Shown in pieces: positions 23,966 to 36,280 of a stretch of DNA of 64,000 bases (its first letter is position 1; each line of letters opens with the position of its first letter). A program made the position numbers and the translations under genes. The notes under the pieces are model-generated. The model saw only the letters and a program-made list of their open reading frames with translations. It ran no database searches and was not told where the DNA came from. The DNA is from Monocercomonoides exilis PA203 (Eukaryota; Protista; Preaxostyla), in NCBI GenBank assembly GCA_001643675.2, contig LSRY02000025.1, positions 248,001 to 312,000 on the forward strand. Reading direction: 5' to 3'.

Positions 23966-26144
23966 CTATACCCGCTCCCTCTTGGGATATCTTTGAGGCG
24001 ACATAGATTTGGCCCTTGCCTCTTCAGTGTCATTACCTATCTGCCCAATACTTTTTCCGCTACGCCTCTTCCGATCTTTTCCCCTCCTCTTCAGCGGAGT
24101 TGGATCCTTCTCTCCCGTAAGCTCACAGATGCTGTTGGGGATTATGGAGGGTGTCTTCTGGCGACTAGGTTGTCGGGGTGCTGAGTTTCGTGACTTAGTC
24201 GTTTCACCTCTGTTTTCTTCTCCACTCGGCAGTTTCTTTCTACCTCTTGATCGCTTTCTCGTAAGCTTCTTCCCTATCTCAGATCCCGCTTTGGGTAATT
24301 CCTCTGAGCAGCCTTTCATATCTGCATCTGCGATCTCCAGTGTCCCTTCCTTCGAATCTTCACTCTTATCTGGCTTGTAATCTTCTCCCCTCTGGAGAAC
24401 TGGGCCTCCAATTGTCTCCAGTGTCCATTTTGTATCTTGTACAGGGAACACGGTATAGTATTCCTGGGCCACTCTCGAACCCGGTGCCCATCTCGCATAC
24501 GCATTGATCGCCTTCCAGTCCGCTCCTTCTTGTCCTGCTAAGTGTGTAATCACTGTGTGTCTTATAGAGTACGCGGTGAAAGTTTAGGGAATTTCGTTCT
24601 CTCTCAAAATAGCCGTTAGTTCTTCTTTGATCTTCTGTAGGTTAGCGGGTCTACTCCCTTCTATGTCGAACCACACATGTTCACTCTGATACGTCGTCTT
24701 AGTATAATCCATCCAACGTTGGAGCGCTGCAACAGCATCTATACGTGGGTTTGGATTTTTATTAATAAAAACTTTGATAATCTCCCCTCCAAACATCTTT
24801 GTCGGTACCTGTGTGAGTTAAGTGTTCTCTCAGCTGATCGTCGTACCACTTCTCATTCTTTCCAGCTCCGCTGGCCTTATAGCCCCAAAGATCATGGTCA
24901 GGATGAGAGCTCTCCTCTGGATGATTTGTGGGTCAGTCCTATAGTGGGTGGCTTCTGGACATTTCGTGATGTTTGTTAAGTCCCACATTGATTTGTACCG
25001 TTTGCCCTTTCTCGGCTTCTCACACACATTAGTTTTCAGAAATATTTCTATGTCTTTCCCATCAATCTTAGTCTCTCTAAATAGATAAATAGAATCCAGC
25101 ACTTTTCGAACTGTCTGATTAATCACTCCACTTGAGAGGTTCGTATTCGTTAGTGTTTCGGTTAACTCTGCCATAATCCATTTGGCATCTCTGGTTGTGA
25201 GGGGCTGTTTCATTCATGCTCTCTCTATCTAGGAACTGCTTGAATCTTCGCAGCGCTCTCCTCGTATCTCTTTCGCTCTTTTGATTTCTAAGTATTGCTG
25301 CTGCTATCTCTTTTGCTCCAACGTGTTCTCCCCATGTTAAGAAGAGGTCTCTCCCCTGAATATTCTCTTCTCCAGTATAACGCTTATAACCTCTCCTGGG
25401 GGTAGTTTCCAGCCTTGCCTTCTCATCTTGGTTCCCGGAATCATGCACTCTTGATAGGTCCCCAGGGTTTTTGTCAAATGTCCAGGCTGTAGTAGCGAGG
25501 TCCAGGTCTGCCCCTGCCAAGCTGGCAGAATCAGAATCGTCAGTTCCCTCCGAGCTTCCTTCTCCTTCTCTTTCAGGGTCTGTCCAATATTTCTCAGGAA
25601 CGGATGGACAAGCACTATGTCGTCTTCTGGTGTTCCTCTCTCTCTCTTCCTTTTCAGAGAGAATAGTCTCCAAGTACTTCCGCAGGACACTGGCGCAATC
25701 GGTTCTGAAATTATATCTAGTGTTCTCGGTGCGATTGTCTGAAATATCTCTGCGACTTTCTCCCCCCTCAGTGCATAGTCCGGCTTTCTCGCCATCCGGC
25801 TGAGTGCATCTGCCTCCGTGTTCTGCTCTCCCGGGAGATGTTCCGTTTGTATCGTAATGTCCAGGCTGTTCAGTTTCTTCAACAATTCTCTCAGTGTTGG
25901 AATGTGCGATGGCGCTCCCTTCTTCTTCTGTATTGTCCATCTCGTGGACATATTGTCTGTCTTCAGACGAATCTGGTCTATCTTTTGTTGTTGCAGCCAC
26001 GCTCCCTTTCTCTCTAGTGTCCTCAACACTGCTCTGAACTCCTTCTCGTTGGTTGCTAACGCACTCTCCCGGGGTGTCCAACTTCCGTAAACAAATATTC
26101 TCTCCTTTTTGTTCTCCCTCGGGATTGTTAATACTGCACCCCAA
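23966..26144 (-). pseudogene. Tyrosine recombinase (YR) of DIRS copy 1
   Basis: Motifs GAIRPAEL (catalytic R), AYSIRH, ARW..GS.VAQEYY. Frameshift near 25205 relative to copy 2, and in-frame stops near 24830, 24818 and 24584. Confidence 0.8.
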
Positions 26145-26497
26145 CCCAGCTCTGACGAATCCGTTGTTAGATCTGCTGATCTGATCCTTCTCTTCAGACT
26201 CCTAGGCCTGTTCTCTTTCAGGGTTTTCCTCCAGTGTGTTAATTCTTCCAGTATCATTGGGCTGACTGTCACCGTTCCCTTCCAGCCTCCGCAGGCTATT
26301 GCCTGCCTCAGCACGTATTGCATGCGCTTCATCCACAAGCTCGCTAGTGGGTGTTGTAACCTCACAAAATTCAGTCTCCCGAGGAGTGCTGCAAGATCTT
26401 TTGTCCTTTGTCTCTTCCTTTCCTTTGCATATCCAATCCAGGTTTGCACATCCTCCATCAGCAGCTCTCTCTTCCTCTCCTGGAGTGTCACTTCCAT
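25337..26497 (-). CDS. RT thumb/RNase H plus degenerate Dam-like methyltransferase domain, DIRS copy 1
   Basis: LTTDSSELGWGA, NEKEFRAV, KTDN, HLPGEQNTEADALSR (DIRS RNase H). LVHPF and ILILPAWQGQTW resemble the DIRS MT region. Confidence 0.8.
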   Translation of the reverse strand: MEVTLQERKRELLMEDVQTWIGYAKERKRQRTKDLAALLGRLNFVRLQHPLASLWMKRMQYVLRQAIACGGWKGTVTVSPMILEELTHWRKTLKENRPRSLKRRIRSADLTTDSSELGWGAVLTIPRENKKERIFVYGSWTPRESALATNEKEFRAVLRTLERKGAWLQQQKIDQIRLKTDNMSTRWTIQKKKGAPSHIPTLRELLKKLNSLDITIQTEHLPGEQNTEADALSRMARKPDYALRGEKVAEIFQTIAPRTLDIISEPIAPVSCGSTWRLFSLKRKRERGTPEDDIVLVHPFLRNIGQTLKEKEKEARRELTILILPAWQGQTWTSLLQPGHLTKTLGTYQECMIPGTKMRRQGWKLPPGEVISVILEKRIFRGETSS

Positions 26498-26545
26498 CTT
26501 CTCTGAGTTCCATATCCATCCCAGAAACTCTACACTCCTTGTGGG

Positions 26546-27835
26546 TTACAAGTTCAATTTCTCTTCTGAATGCGTCCATCCCAGACTCCTCAGGAACTGG
26601 GCTATCTCCTGTGAGATCAATCTCAATGCATCCCTGTCTGGGTGTATAAGGAGAATGTCGTCCAGATATATTACTAGCTGCACTTTCCACTTTTCTCTGA
26701 TATATGACTCCGCCCGTCTCATTATTTTCGTGAAAACTCTGGGCGCGTCCTTTGCCCCAAATGGCATCCCATTGTTAGCATAGCATTGACTTTGAAAGCT
26801 GAAGCACAGATAGGGACTGAATTGCTCGTCCACTTTGACATGTTGGTATACACTCGATATGTCCCGAGTGGTCATCCAGTCGTTCTTCTCCAGGAGTTCC
26901 ACCACTATCTCCTGGGAATCCATCTTGAAGTGTTTTCCCTGCACTTCCTCGTTTAGCGCCCTGCAATCTAGTATCTTTCTCCACTTTCCGTTCTTCTTTA
27001 TCACCATGAATGTCGGATTGAACCACTTCACCTCCGACTCCTGTATGGGCTTCACCACTCCGTCCTTCAATTCCTCCTCCAAGAGGGATAAATAATTGTT
27101 TGTCATCTCCGTTGTTTCCCGAAATTCTTGTCTGTGTTTTCTCTCCTCGAGTGAGATTGGGGACTGGGGACTTTTCCATCGAGCTCTTATTCCACGGCTC
27201 ACTTGTTTGTCTCCCCCAATCTTCTTCCACTTGCTCAGCCTGTTCATTAATCTCCCCGGAAGTGGTTCCTTCGGTGGTCCACTCTCCATACTCCTCCTCA
27301 CTTCTGGGATCCTGCGGACATAATGGATCTGTGTATTCCATTCTCCTTCGAGAGAATCGAATATAGCAGTCCTCGAGCTCCCCTCCCGTGCACTCCCAAT
27401 TGGGTGCTCGATAACAATCCCAGAAGCTCTCAAGACTCCCTTCTCTTCCTCCTTCTCGGATTTCCGATCGTTCTTCTGTCTTGTCCTGTGGGGATATTCG
27501 GAGTCTCCTTCTGTACACTCTCTCCATGTTCCCATCTCATGGTATCTCGAGGAACGTTGATTTATCCTCTTCTCTCGATCGACCGGGCCCAGTGCCTCTT
27601 CGATATTCTCGCAAACTCTCACGGGTTCCATTCTTGAATCTATCTCTCGATTGAATGATATTCCTTGAAGTATTATCACTCCTTCGTAATTCGACAGCTT
27701 TCTATCGATCTCTGTCTTGCGGGAAAGCGCGGCTCTCTCTTCTCTCTCTAGTTTCTCTCCTCTCTCCCTCTCTATTCCTGCGACCATTTGGTGGCCCCAA
27801 CTGTTGATTCCATAGCTCTCCCTCCTTGAGTCCAT
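26546..27835 (-). CDS. Reverse transcriptase of DIRS copy 1 (separated from RNase H by one in-frame TAA)
   Basis: FMVIKKNGKWRKILDCRALN, HFKMD, GMPFGAKDAPRVFTK, YLDD. Confidence 0.88.
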   Translation of the reverse strand: MDSRRESYGINSWGHQMVAGIERERGEKLEREERAALSRKTEIDRKLSNYEGVIILQGISFNREIDSRMEPVRVCENIEEALGPVDREKRINQRSSRYHEMGTWRECTEGDSEYPHRTRQKNDRKSEKEEEKGVLRASGIVIEHPIGSAREGSSRTAIFDSLEGEWNTQIHYVRRIPEVRRSMESGPPKEPLPGRLMNRLSKWKKIGGDKQVSRGIRARWKSPQSPISLEERKHRQEFRETTEMTNNYLSLLEEELKDGVVKPIQESEVKWFNPTFMVIKKNGKWRKILDCRALNEEVQGKHFKMDSQEIVVELLEKNDWMTTRDISSVYQHVKVDEQFSPYLCFSFQSQCYANNGMPFGAKDAPRVFTKIMRRAESYIREKWKVQLVIYLDDILLIHPDRDALRLISQEIAQFLRSLGWTHSEEKLNL

Positions 27836-29013
27836 TGTGCGGCTGGAGGCAATGGTCCAGTGATTGGAACTGGCCTCACAGCAATGGATTGGACGAACTG
27901 TGCTTGAGACTGGGGTGTTCTCCTCTTTCCCCTGAAATCTGTGAAGCTCCTTCCGTATACCCTTCTCTGGAGCTGTCTATATACGAATCCCTGGGGGCTC
28001 CTACCCGAACTGTATCTTCTCGGGGGTCCATTTCTGGACGTTGCAGGCCCGTAACCTGTTGTGGAGTCGGGAGATGTACCGTGTACTGTTGCATCTCCCT
28101 CTGAGCGAAAAAGACTGGTACTCTCTACCAGTTTTTTCAGGTTCTCTGGCACCTCTTTGGACATTCCTCCTTCCAGAAAGCCTTTCGCGCTTTCCAAACC
28201 CGATTGGGGAATCACCTTTAGCAGGTTAAATCTGTTGATATAGTCAGCGATAAGCGAATAGGGTCAAAACAATCCTCTCAGTCGTTCCTTCTCCTCTTCC
28301 ATGACGTGCACATTCTCTTGTTCCTTCACTGTTAGTAATGCAATTGATTTGGCTGCTTCAAAGCCCGATTCTTGAGCAGGCTGGAGGAGTTCAGCTGCTC
28401 GGCTCGCTTCTGGTGTGTCTTTTCTCCCCTTTGCTGTGATGGCTGTTCTGGCTTGCGCATTCCAATTTGTGTATGTGTGTCCTGTAAAAAACTCCTTCTC
28501 ATTCTCTGGGATGAATGTATTCAATATGTCATCACTCATTCTTATCGAGCCAGCTTTACAAAACTCAATGAACTTCCTCAACTCGCTCGCTTGTCTCCGT
28601 GGTGTCAACCACTCCCTGGGAAAAATTCTTGTAAAGTCTTCTGTTCCTTCTTTCTCTCGCAGCGCTCCCAGCTCTTCAGAATCCCATTCGCTATCTTCTT
28701 CATCTTCCCGTCTCATCACTCGACTATATGTACGACGTAATCTCTCACGCTTTCCTTGTTTCCTTCTTGCGATCAGATCACTAAAATTTGCATCCGACTC
28801 CGACTCGCTCGATCTCGATCTGCTTCTTCTCCTAGCTCGTTCCCTCTTCACTTTCCTCGTTGGCAGCAACTCCGTAGCTCCGGATTGCATTGGCCATGTT
28901 TGGCTTCTCGGAAGTTCTTGGATCATTCTAACTTCTCTCAGAAGTTTATGTGCAAGATCAAATTCCTTTTCCTCGAAGTCTCTGTTTGATAATCCATTTG
29001 GTGCTTGTTCCAT
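27772..29013 (-). pseudogene. gag-like ORF1 of DIRS copy 1
   Basis: ORFs 28264..29094 and 27772..28215 are one frame broken by TGA at 28264-28266, where copy 2 has Cys. Probable start MEQAP at 29013. Confidence 0.65.
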
Positions 29014-30118
29014 TTCTAATGCGGACAATGGTATCAAAAACAAGTTTGAGTATTTGCAGAGTTTGATCTCATACAACCCATTAATTATAAACAATATAAA
29101 TAATCATGGGGCAAACCTGCTTCTTGAATTTCAATATCTGCAGCAATGCGAATTAGCCAAAAATTCATGAGTGATTATTTTTATTATCATGTTTTTTCTG
29201 AAATAGTCTTAAATCAAAAACATCCTTTTTTGTATTTGTGTATTGCACAGAAAAGTGTAAAAACCATTTGAATATATTTCTGGATGGAAATCTTTTCTTG
29301 TCTCTGATTTTTCAGTCAAAAGAAACATCAAATATTTTATTGATAATATTCTTTTTTTTGATAGACTAATCTCTAAAGTATTTTCTTTTCGAAAAAAGTT
29401 AAGATTTTAAAAAATAATAACTATCGTTGAATTGGAGCAAAGGATTAATAAAAAAAACTTTTCAGATACAGTAGATTAATTCACTTGAAATGGAAAAATT
29501 GAAAATACAGGCAGAAAAAATTGGACACAATCGTATCTGTTTTTACACATCTTTTTGAAACAATATCAGTTTGTAATTATGTGTGATGTTGCAATATACA
29601 GGAAATTAATAAATGAATGAATTAATGAAGTATTTTTTGGTCAAATTTTTAATTTTAGAAAATATTCGTGAATTCTAATTTTTCGAAGGCGACAACAATG
29701 TTCATTGTCTTTTTACGATATATAGACTTATTTGCACACGTTTTTGAGATATGGTTAAAATGAGTTTTTTTTCAAAAAATCGATTTTTCTATGTAAAATT
29801 CAATATGATAATTATAAAACGTGATAATAAAATATTTTTCTCTATCATTTTTTGCAATGGAAAATGAATGGAGAAAAATCAAAAAATGTCTATACACAAA
29901 AATATGTGACTATTTCCGATGAAGATTATATTCGATGTGAGAATATATGGCATATGGGACAAAATTTGTTGTTTTATGATTTTTGTTCCACACAGTTCTT
30001 TCAAAGATTTTTTTTCAATTTTTTAAATTTCAATATGAAATATTGCACGATAATGCAGAATAATTATCATTCGATTGTAGAAAATGTTTGGGACAAATCT
30101 TTGAATTTTTCATAAAAA

Positions 30119-32540
30119 AAAACATTTGCAGCATAGGTCTAAATTGTACCAGTAGTGAATTTGACATTTTTTATGAAATTTCGATATATTATTGATTGTC
30201 ATAATTAATTAACACTGTATTATCGAAAAAATTTCAAAAATCTTAACTTCAAAAAGTTAACAAAAATTATTGATCAAACCCACAAATATATTTGTGTATT
30301 TTTCATTTCGTATTTTATGAACGTTTTGTGACAATAAAATTCTTAATAACCAAATTTATGTTCACATGATATTAATTCCTACGTATTTCATATATTTATT
30401 TTCATCAACTTGCTTCTTATAAGTTGTGATCAAATTATGTTCGAAGAACAATGCGTATTTGATAATTGGAAGTTTTTGAAGAGAGAGGATCTCTAAGTTT
30501 AGAAAATTCATATATTAGGTGTGAATGGAGTGGATCGAAGACAACAGGAGAAAGCGACTCGTTCACTGATGGGATATCGAGTGGAGGGGCTATTTTCATG
30601 CACAACAAGGGAAATAGAGAATTTTCAGTTTTTCATTGCACTTTCAGCAACTGCAATGCCCATTTTGCAGGATGAGGAATTAATTGCTTCAATATTTCAT
30701 CAGTTGACATTGCAAATAACACATTCGATTCATGCACTGTTCGAACATGGATTGGAGGAGGGACATGTGTTTACACGATTTCAACATGTGTTCTGATCAG
30801 CAGATGTGAATTCCAGAATTGAAAAGCAAATGGCTATGGAGGAGGACTTCTTTTTGAATCTTTTCAGGTTTCGGGAATAGGATGCATTCCAACAGAAAAT
30901 GGAGAAGGGGAGAGCGCGTGTGTGTTTGACTGCAGTTTCACTTCATGCTCGGTTACTGGAAATGATGGTGGAGGAATGCGTTGTGCAAACATTCCAATCA
31001 CGCAATTTAAAATGTGCAGTGTTCAATTTATTTCATGTTCAGCATTAAGAGAGGGAGGAGGATTGGAGTTATATCCATACAGACAACCATCACGAAATGA
31101 TGTTATTAATTGTTATTTTTTGTTCTATCATAAAGGCAAATGAAGAAATGCAGCCAATCCAAATGGGCACGATATGATATACTTAGATAATTAAAATTTA
31201 TATTTGGATTCTGGGAATCCGTTCCATGAATGTTACACAACAAAAACAGATGATCAGAGAGTGTGCCATGGATATATTGAATCGAGTTCAACAAGTTGGA
31301 CATTTCAGCACACAGAAAAGTGGGATTGGCTGAATGAAGGGATGAAAGACAGGTGTGACGGAGCGAGTGAAAATGAAACAAACAATCTGTGTGGGATGAA
31401 CGAGTCTGCGCCGTTCAAGACAGTGGGGCATGCAGTGGTGTCGAGCATGGGGAAGCTGATCACTTTGATCACAGAACAGGGTGGGAGGCAAGGGAGTGAA
31501 GAGAAGACAATAAGTGTTGGGGAAAAGAAGATTTCTGTTGTTGGGAGAGGGAAAGAAGTGAGTGAAATTGGGACAAGTGCACTTTCTTCGCCTGCAACTA
31601 CTCTGTTCAGCATATCTTCTGGTTAACTGGAGGTGGGGCATGTGGGGATCGACCACAACTCGATGAGAAGTCCATCGCCGAGTGTGTTTGTGGTGTCTGA
31701 TGGAAGCGGATCACTTTCATTGGAAGATGTGCTGATCAGTTCTTCCACAACAGGAGGGAGAGGAATCTCATCGTCTGTGTTTGAAGTGGCTCTGAAGCAA
31801 TTAAAGATGGTTGATGTTGAGATAAAAAATATGAAAATGAGCCAATCGTTATTTGCAGAACCACATTTGGTAGGATTTAAATTTGGAGAAAGTGTTTTGG
31901 CGAATGTGACGATTCGAAATGTGAGTCGAACAGGTTAAGATAGTGTTGTGATGTCAAAGACAGAGAAGGGAGGAGAAACATTTGTGTGGTGGAATACAAC
32001 GATGGAAGGATGTGAGTGCGCGAATGGGAATGGAGGAGCGATGAAGATTGAGTTGGCGCCTTCAACAAGCAAAGCTCAAATTGGAACATCCACGTCGCAA
32101 GATGGAGCGAAATTGAATCTTGTGGATGAATTTTACAAAATATGAATAAAAACTTAATTCAAATTGATGTAATATTCCATTTGTAATTCAATGCATTCTT
32201 CTCAAAATTTGCAATTCGAATATTTAAAGAAAATTGAAAACAATATTCTCATTTGTTCTTTTCTTTAAAAAGAAGTTGATATGAAAAAAACAACAAAACA
32301 ATAAATGCAGTGAATAATTAAAACATAGCTCAAATACATCGCAAAACACAAAATGAAAAATACACAAATATATTTGTGGGTTTGATCAATAATTTTTGTT
32401 AACTTTTTGAAGTTAAGATTTTTGAAATTTTTTCGATAATACAGTGTTAATTAAATATGACAATCAATAATATATCGAAATTTCATAAAAAATGTCAAAT
32501 TCACTACTGGTACAATTTAGACCTATGCTGCAAATGTTTT
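30119..32540. mobile_element. Segment bounded by ~198-bp near-perfect inverted repeats (30119-30316 / 32343-32540) carrying a host-gene fragment; Pack-MULE/foldback-like
   Basis: aacatttgcagcataggtctaaattgtaccagtagtgaatttgac... at 30121 is the reverse complement of ...gtcaaattcactactggtacaatttagacctatgctgcaaatgtt ending at 32538. No transposase and no clear target-site duplication (TSD). Confidence 0.6.
30466..32145 (+). pseudogene. Internal fragment of the receptor-like beta-helix family (paralog of 14196..22349, approx. aa 350-860)
   Basis: CEWSGSKTTG, GEGESACVFDCSF, GNPFHECYTT, HVGIDHNS..SPSVFVVS match the 2717-aa protein. Multiple in-frame stops; no signal peptide, TM or kinase part. Confidence 0.85.
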
Positions 32541-32726
32541 ATTTTCAAATAAATCAAAAATTTCATATTTTGCTCAAATTTTTATTTTCATTCAACAAAC
32601 TTCTCTAATATGGTATCTATTTCTGGATAATGCTCTTTCATCCATTCTAAAGAAGATTTGTGAGTAAAAACATAAATTTGAGCATAATGTTAAATTTTTG
32701 ATTTATTTGAAAATAAAACATTTGCG
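32530..32726. repeat. Inverted repeat with ~55-bp arms (32530-32582 / 32671-32726)
   Basis: gcaaatgttttattttcaaataaatcaaaaattt versus aaatttttgatttatttgaaaataaaacatttgc. Confidence 0.75.
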
Positions 32727-32884
32727 ACTTTTCAAAAAGAATTACCCATATTACTGGTGATTATTTTTGAAATCATAACATTTTTCGGTTTGTTGATTTT
32801 TCAAATGTTTTATTTTTTTGGATTATTAAAAGGCAAGAGGCTTCTTTAGGGTTCCCAAATTTTTTCGTTTTATAGATTAATAGA

Positions 32885-32921
32885 AAGCAAAACAAAGCAA
32901 AACAAAACAAAACAAAACAAA

Positions 32922-32988
<67 letters not shown>
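32885..32988 (+). repeat. (AAAAC)n followed by a 66-nt poly(A)
   Basis: Visible directly; A-run 32923-32988. Confidence 0.9.
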
Positions 32989-32990
<2 letters not shown>

Positions 32991-33171
32991 CAATGTTAAG
33001 ATAATTTGAATGAATCATGTAAATAATAACCAATTTATCAACACCAAAAAGATTGAATCGTTTTTTCATTCAAATCTACAGTTTTACGAGACTTTTTTTG
33101 AACTTCATAAAAATACAAAAATTGAGCTATTATCAACCCTGACATTCCAAATAGCCCAAATAAACAAATGT

Positions 33172-33373
33172 CTGATCCTTTTTGAAATAATTCTTTCGTT
33201 CGAGTTTTGATCAAAAATACTGTCTCAATGGGATTTTGAAAAAATGAGCTTAAACTGAAAATACACGTTGTTTGTGATGTTGTTATTGCAGAAACATATT
33301 TTAAACAAAAATCCCATTGAGATTAAATTTTTGATCAAAACTCGAACGAAAGAATGATTTCAAAAAGGATCAG
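33172..33373. repeat. MITE-like inverted repeat with ~66-bp arms (33172-33237 / 33308-33373)
   Basis: ctgatcctttttgaaataattctttcgttcgagttttgatcaaaaat versus atttttgatcaaaactcgaacgaaagaatgatttcaaaaaggatcag. A related single arm lies near 49062-49096. Confidence 0.8.
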
Positions 33374-33756
33374 TTAAATTTTAAAACCTTAATATGTCTT
33401 TTTATTGTTATTTCATTAATTTTACAAAAAAATTATTCAAAATTTCAATTTGAGGACAGTTGTTTTTGAGAAAGAAAACCCCAAAAAGTTAAATGATAAA
33501 AAAAACATATTATCATCACCAAAGAGTGTTGATGAAAGTTCACTCTTAAACATTTAGCTTTTTCATAAAGCTAATTTTTAATTTTTAGGCACCCTAAAAG
33601 TTGCCTTATGCCAATTTTTGGTCAAAAAATGGAGATGAAAAATAAAATATAATAAAAATTTTTATTAAATTTGCTTTTGTTGCAAAATTTGAAAAATGAT
33701 TCAAAATTTCACTTTGATGAAATTCAGACGTGCAAAGCGAACAATATCTCATTTTA

Positions 33757-35160
33757 TCAAATATTCACAAAATAATCAGAAATATTCAACGATAATTCAT
33801 TTCCCCAAATTGGTCTTTTCAAAACATCTAAAGTTTTATGAAAACTCTCAACGCAATCTTCATATCCTTCTTCTTCCATCTTTTCAAATATCTTCCTTTT
33901 GGAAGCCTTTTTTCTCTCTTTTCCAGCTTTGCGAAACGTCTTTTCTTTCAATCTTTTTGATACATTCAAAAAGAAATCCAAGCAACCACAAACAGTATAA
34001 CCTTTCAAAGTCGATCGTTTCATTTCGTCAATAAATAACTTTATGGTTTCTTCGTTCACAAATGCATCAATTTCCACATTTCTCTTTTTTGCTGCTTCTC
34101 TTATGGAATGAATGCATTTAGTATGAATTTCATTGTGATTATCTCTTGATGCTTGAAACATCTGAACAATGCTTCCGATAAGTCCAATAAATTCCTCATT
34201 CCATGATCTGCATGAGTGAAAGAAATCAAAAAATACATAGATCCATCTCCTGATTATAGTCACTTCTATTCTTTCATTCTCTTCTTTTTTTCTTTTCCAA
34301 TCCACACATTTCATAAGCTCTTCCAATTCTCTTGTTGCTTCTCCGACAAAATGCAGCTCATTCACTATCACTTCTTCCAAGCTTTTGTCCCAATAAAATC
34401 GATTCATCAAAAATTGCAAAGCAGACTGATAGGCAAGTTGAGTGAGGTTGCGATGCTCCTGATGATATTTGATAATTTCTGTTATTTCCTTAAAATACAC
34501 ATCTTCATCTTCCTGATAAAAATAAGAAAAATATCAATAATATCAAAAACAAAATAGAAATGCTCAGACGTAATATTTATTAACGCTCAAAGCTAACAAA
34601 GCAATTTCCACCTCTTTTTGAGTTTCCTCATTTTCCTCCTTCTTCAACGCAGCTTTAAGAAGACAGGGCACACACGCACAAGGCAGTACTGAAATAGTTC
34701 TGTCTTTTAACAATGCATAACATTCACAGAGATCAACCAGGAACTTTTCGTTCATTTCTTCTTTTTTCTTTTCTTCTTCAATAATCATATCTCCCATTCT
34801 TTTGACCAATAATGACTCATCAAAAGAATATAACAAAAAGCATTTAAATTTCTTTATACAACACACTTGCTTCAATAGCATAGCTGCATTTTTAAATGAT
34901 AATTTCTTTTTTTCTATCATATCATCAATTTTATTGAACAGCTCTTTCGTGAAAACATGTCTGAATGCTTCCTTATTCATTTCCTTAATCAATGCATTTA
35001 ATTCTTCGATTTTGTGTTTCTTATCATCTTCATTGCAATGCTCCACCTCGAAAAATAATCCTTCAAAAAATAAATCAATAAATAATGCAAACAAACAAGA
35101 ATTCAATTGACTCGACAGCTGCACACTAATGACCTTTTTGGAATTTTCTGTTTTCTGCAT
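33757..35160 (-). CDS. Family A, copy 2
   Basis: ORFs 34564..35205 and 33757..34500 carry the family motifs and are separated by a short intron. Start position approximate. Confidence 0.8.
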
Positions 35161-35589
35161 TTTCAAAAATATATTGCATTCGGAAAATAATGATATTTTA
35201 ATCATTAATTTTGGATTTTCATAAGTTTGGACAGATGAAATATAAGAAAAATTGAATCTCTAAATTGTCATATAAATGTGTGTGATCACACCCTCATTAT
35301 TTGCATTAGTATTTTTGATTTGTTATTTTGAAAAGAGATAACGCTAAATATTCTTGGGATCGTTGTTATGGAATTAATGATCGAAAAGAGTTATTTGAGC
35401 GGAAAATTTCATTAATAAAACGATATTAAGATGAATGAAATTTTCCAATTGAATAAGAAATATCATTTTTTGTGGTGGAAACAGACAACGGAGGGATGAA
35501 TCGATTTTGTAATTCTTCAAACAAAATTTTGCAATTAGATGACCAAAGAAACGCAAAATTTTATTTTTTAATATGCAAATATCAGCATG

Positions 35590-36280
35590 CATGTATTTCA
35601 TATTTCTCTATATATTGTGAAGGTATTTCTATCTGAAACCTTTTCAAAGAATAGAACTTGAGGTATTGTTGAAATGACCAATCTCCTCATTTCAGAACAA
35701 GACGATGAGAATAGAGCTGATAGTATCACCTAAATTGGAGTGAGCAGTTTTTATTTTTGTCACCTCACCCTCGTCTTTGGACAATATCGTCAAAGCATTA
35801 TTCACTGGAACAGAGGATGAGGTTGTAATGTGCAGAATATCTTCATATAGAATTTATTCGATATTTTTGATTCCCTGAAGATCTTCTTCTTCATCTTTAA
35901 CTTCTTGTTCTTCGAATAACTTCCAAATCAATCATTCTGGCACATTTCACAAAAAAATTGAGCACTTTCAGAGCAAACAGCAGATTTAACAGAAGGAAAT
36001 AGCTTTGCAACGTTAAAGAAACAAAAGAAAATAAAAAAGAAAAATACAAAGAAGAAGAAGAAGAAGAAAGCAATCATTCCTAAAAAAACAACGCTTTCAA
36101 GCGTCCAGTTCTGAAGCAATCCACAGCATTTTCAGAGGAAAACAGCACTTTTCAAGGAAGCAATTGGAGATGTTTGCAATCCGGAAAAACTCTAGACTTG
36201 GTGGGTTTTTTGTTTTTGACGTGACACATTTTGCGAGCGAATTGCACTTTAACATGTCAAAAGAATAAGGACAGACACAA
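35590..36280 (+). pseudogene. Degenerate family-B remnant, head-to-head with family A copy 2
   Basis: DNA and peptide similarity to the minus strand of 10320-10960. Confidence 0.4.

Larger units (their letters stand above)
23775..29153 (-). mobile_element. DIRS-like tyrosine-recombinase retrotransposon, copy 1 (decayed; no terminal segment recognised beyond the ICR-like region)
   Basis: Order gag, RT, RNaseH/MT, with an overlapping YR frame. GC-richer than the flanks. 23826-23846 is complementary to 29108-29126. Confidence 0.88.

Noticed and set aside
24584-26777. TAA/TAG = Gln code (as in some oxymonads) as an explanation for the in-frame stops in the DIRS elements
   Set aside because: Gln is overwhelmingly CAA/CAG, TGA stops and a frameshift also occur, and host genes end in TAA (9897, 50998).
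32885-32988. Retroposon poly(A) tail
   Set aside because: No upstream element body or TSD is identifiable; could be simple slippage.
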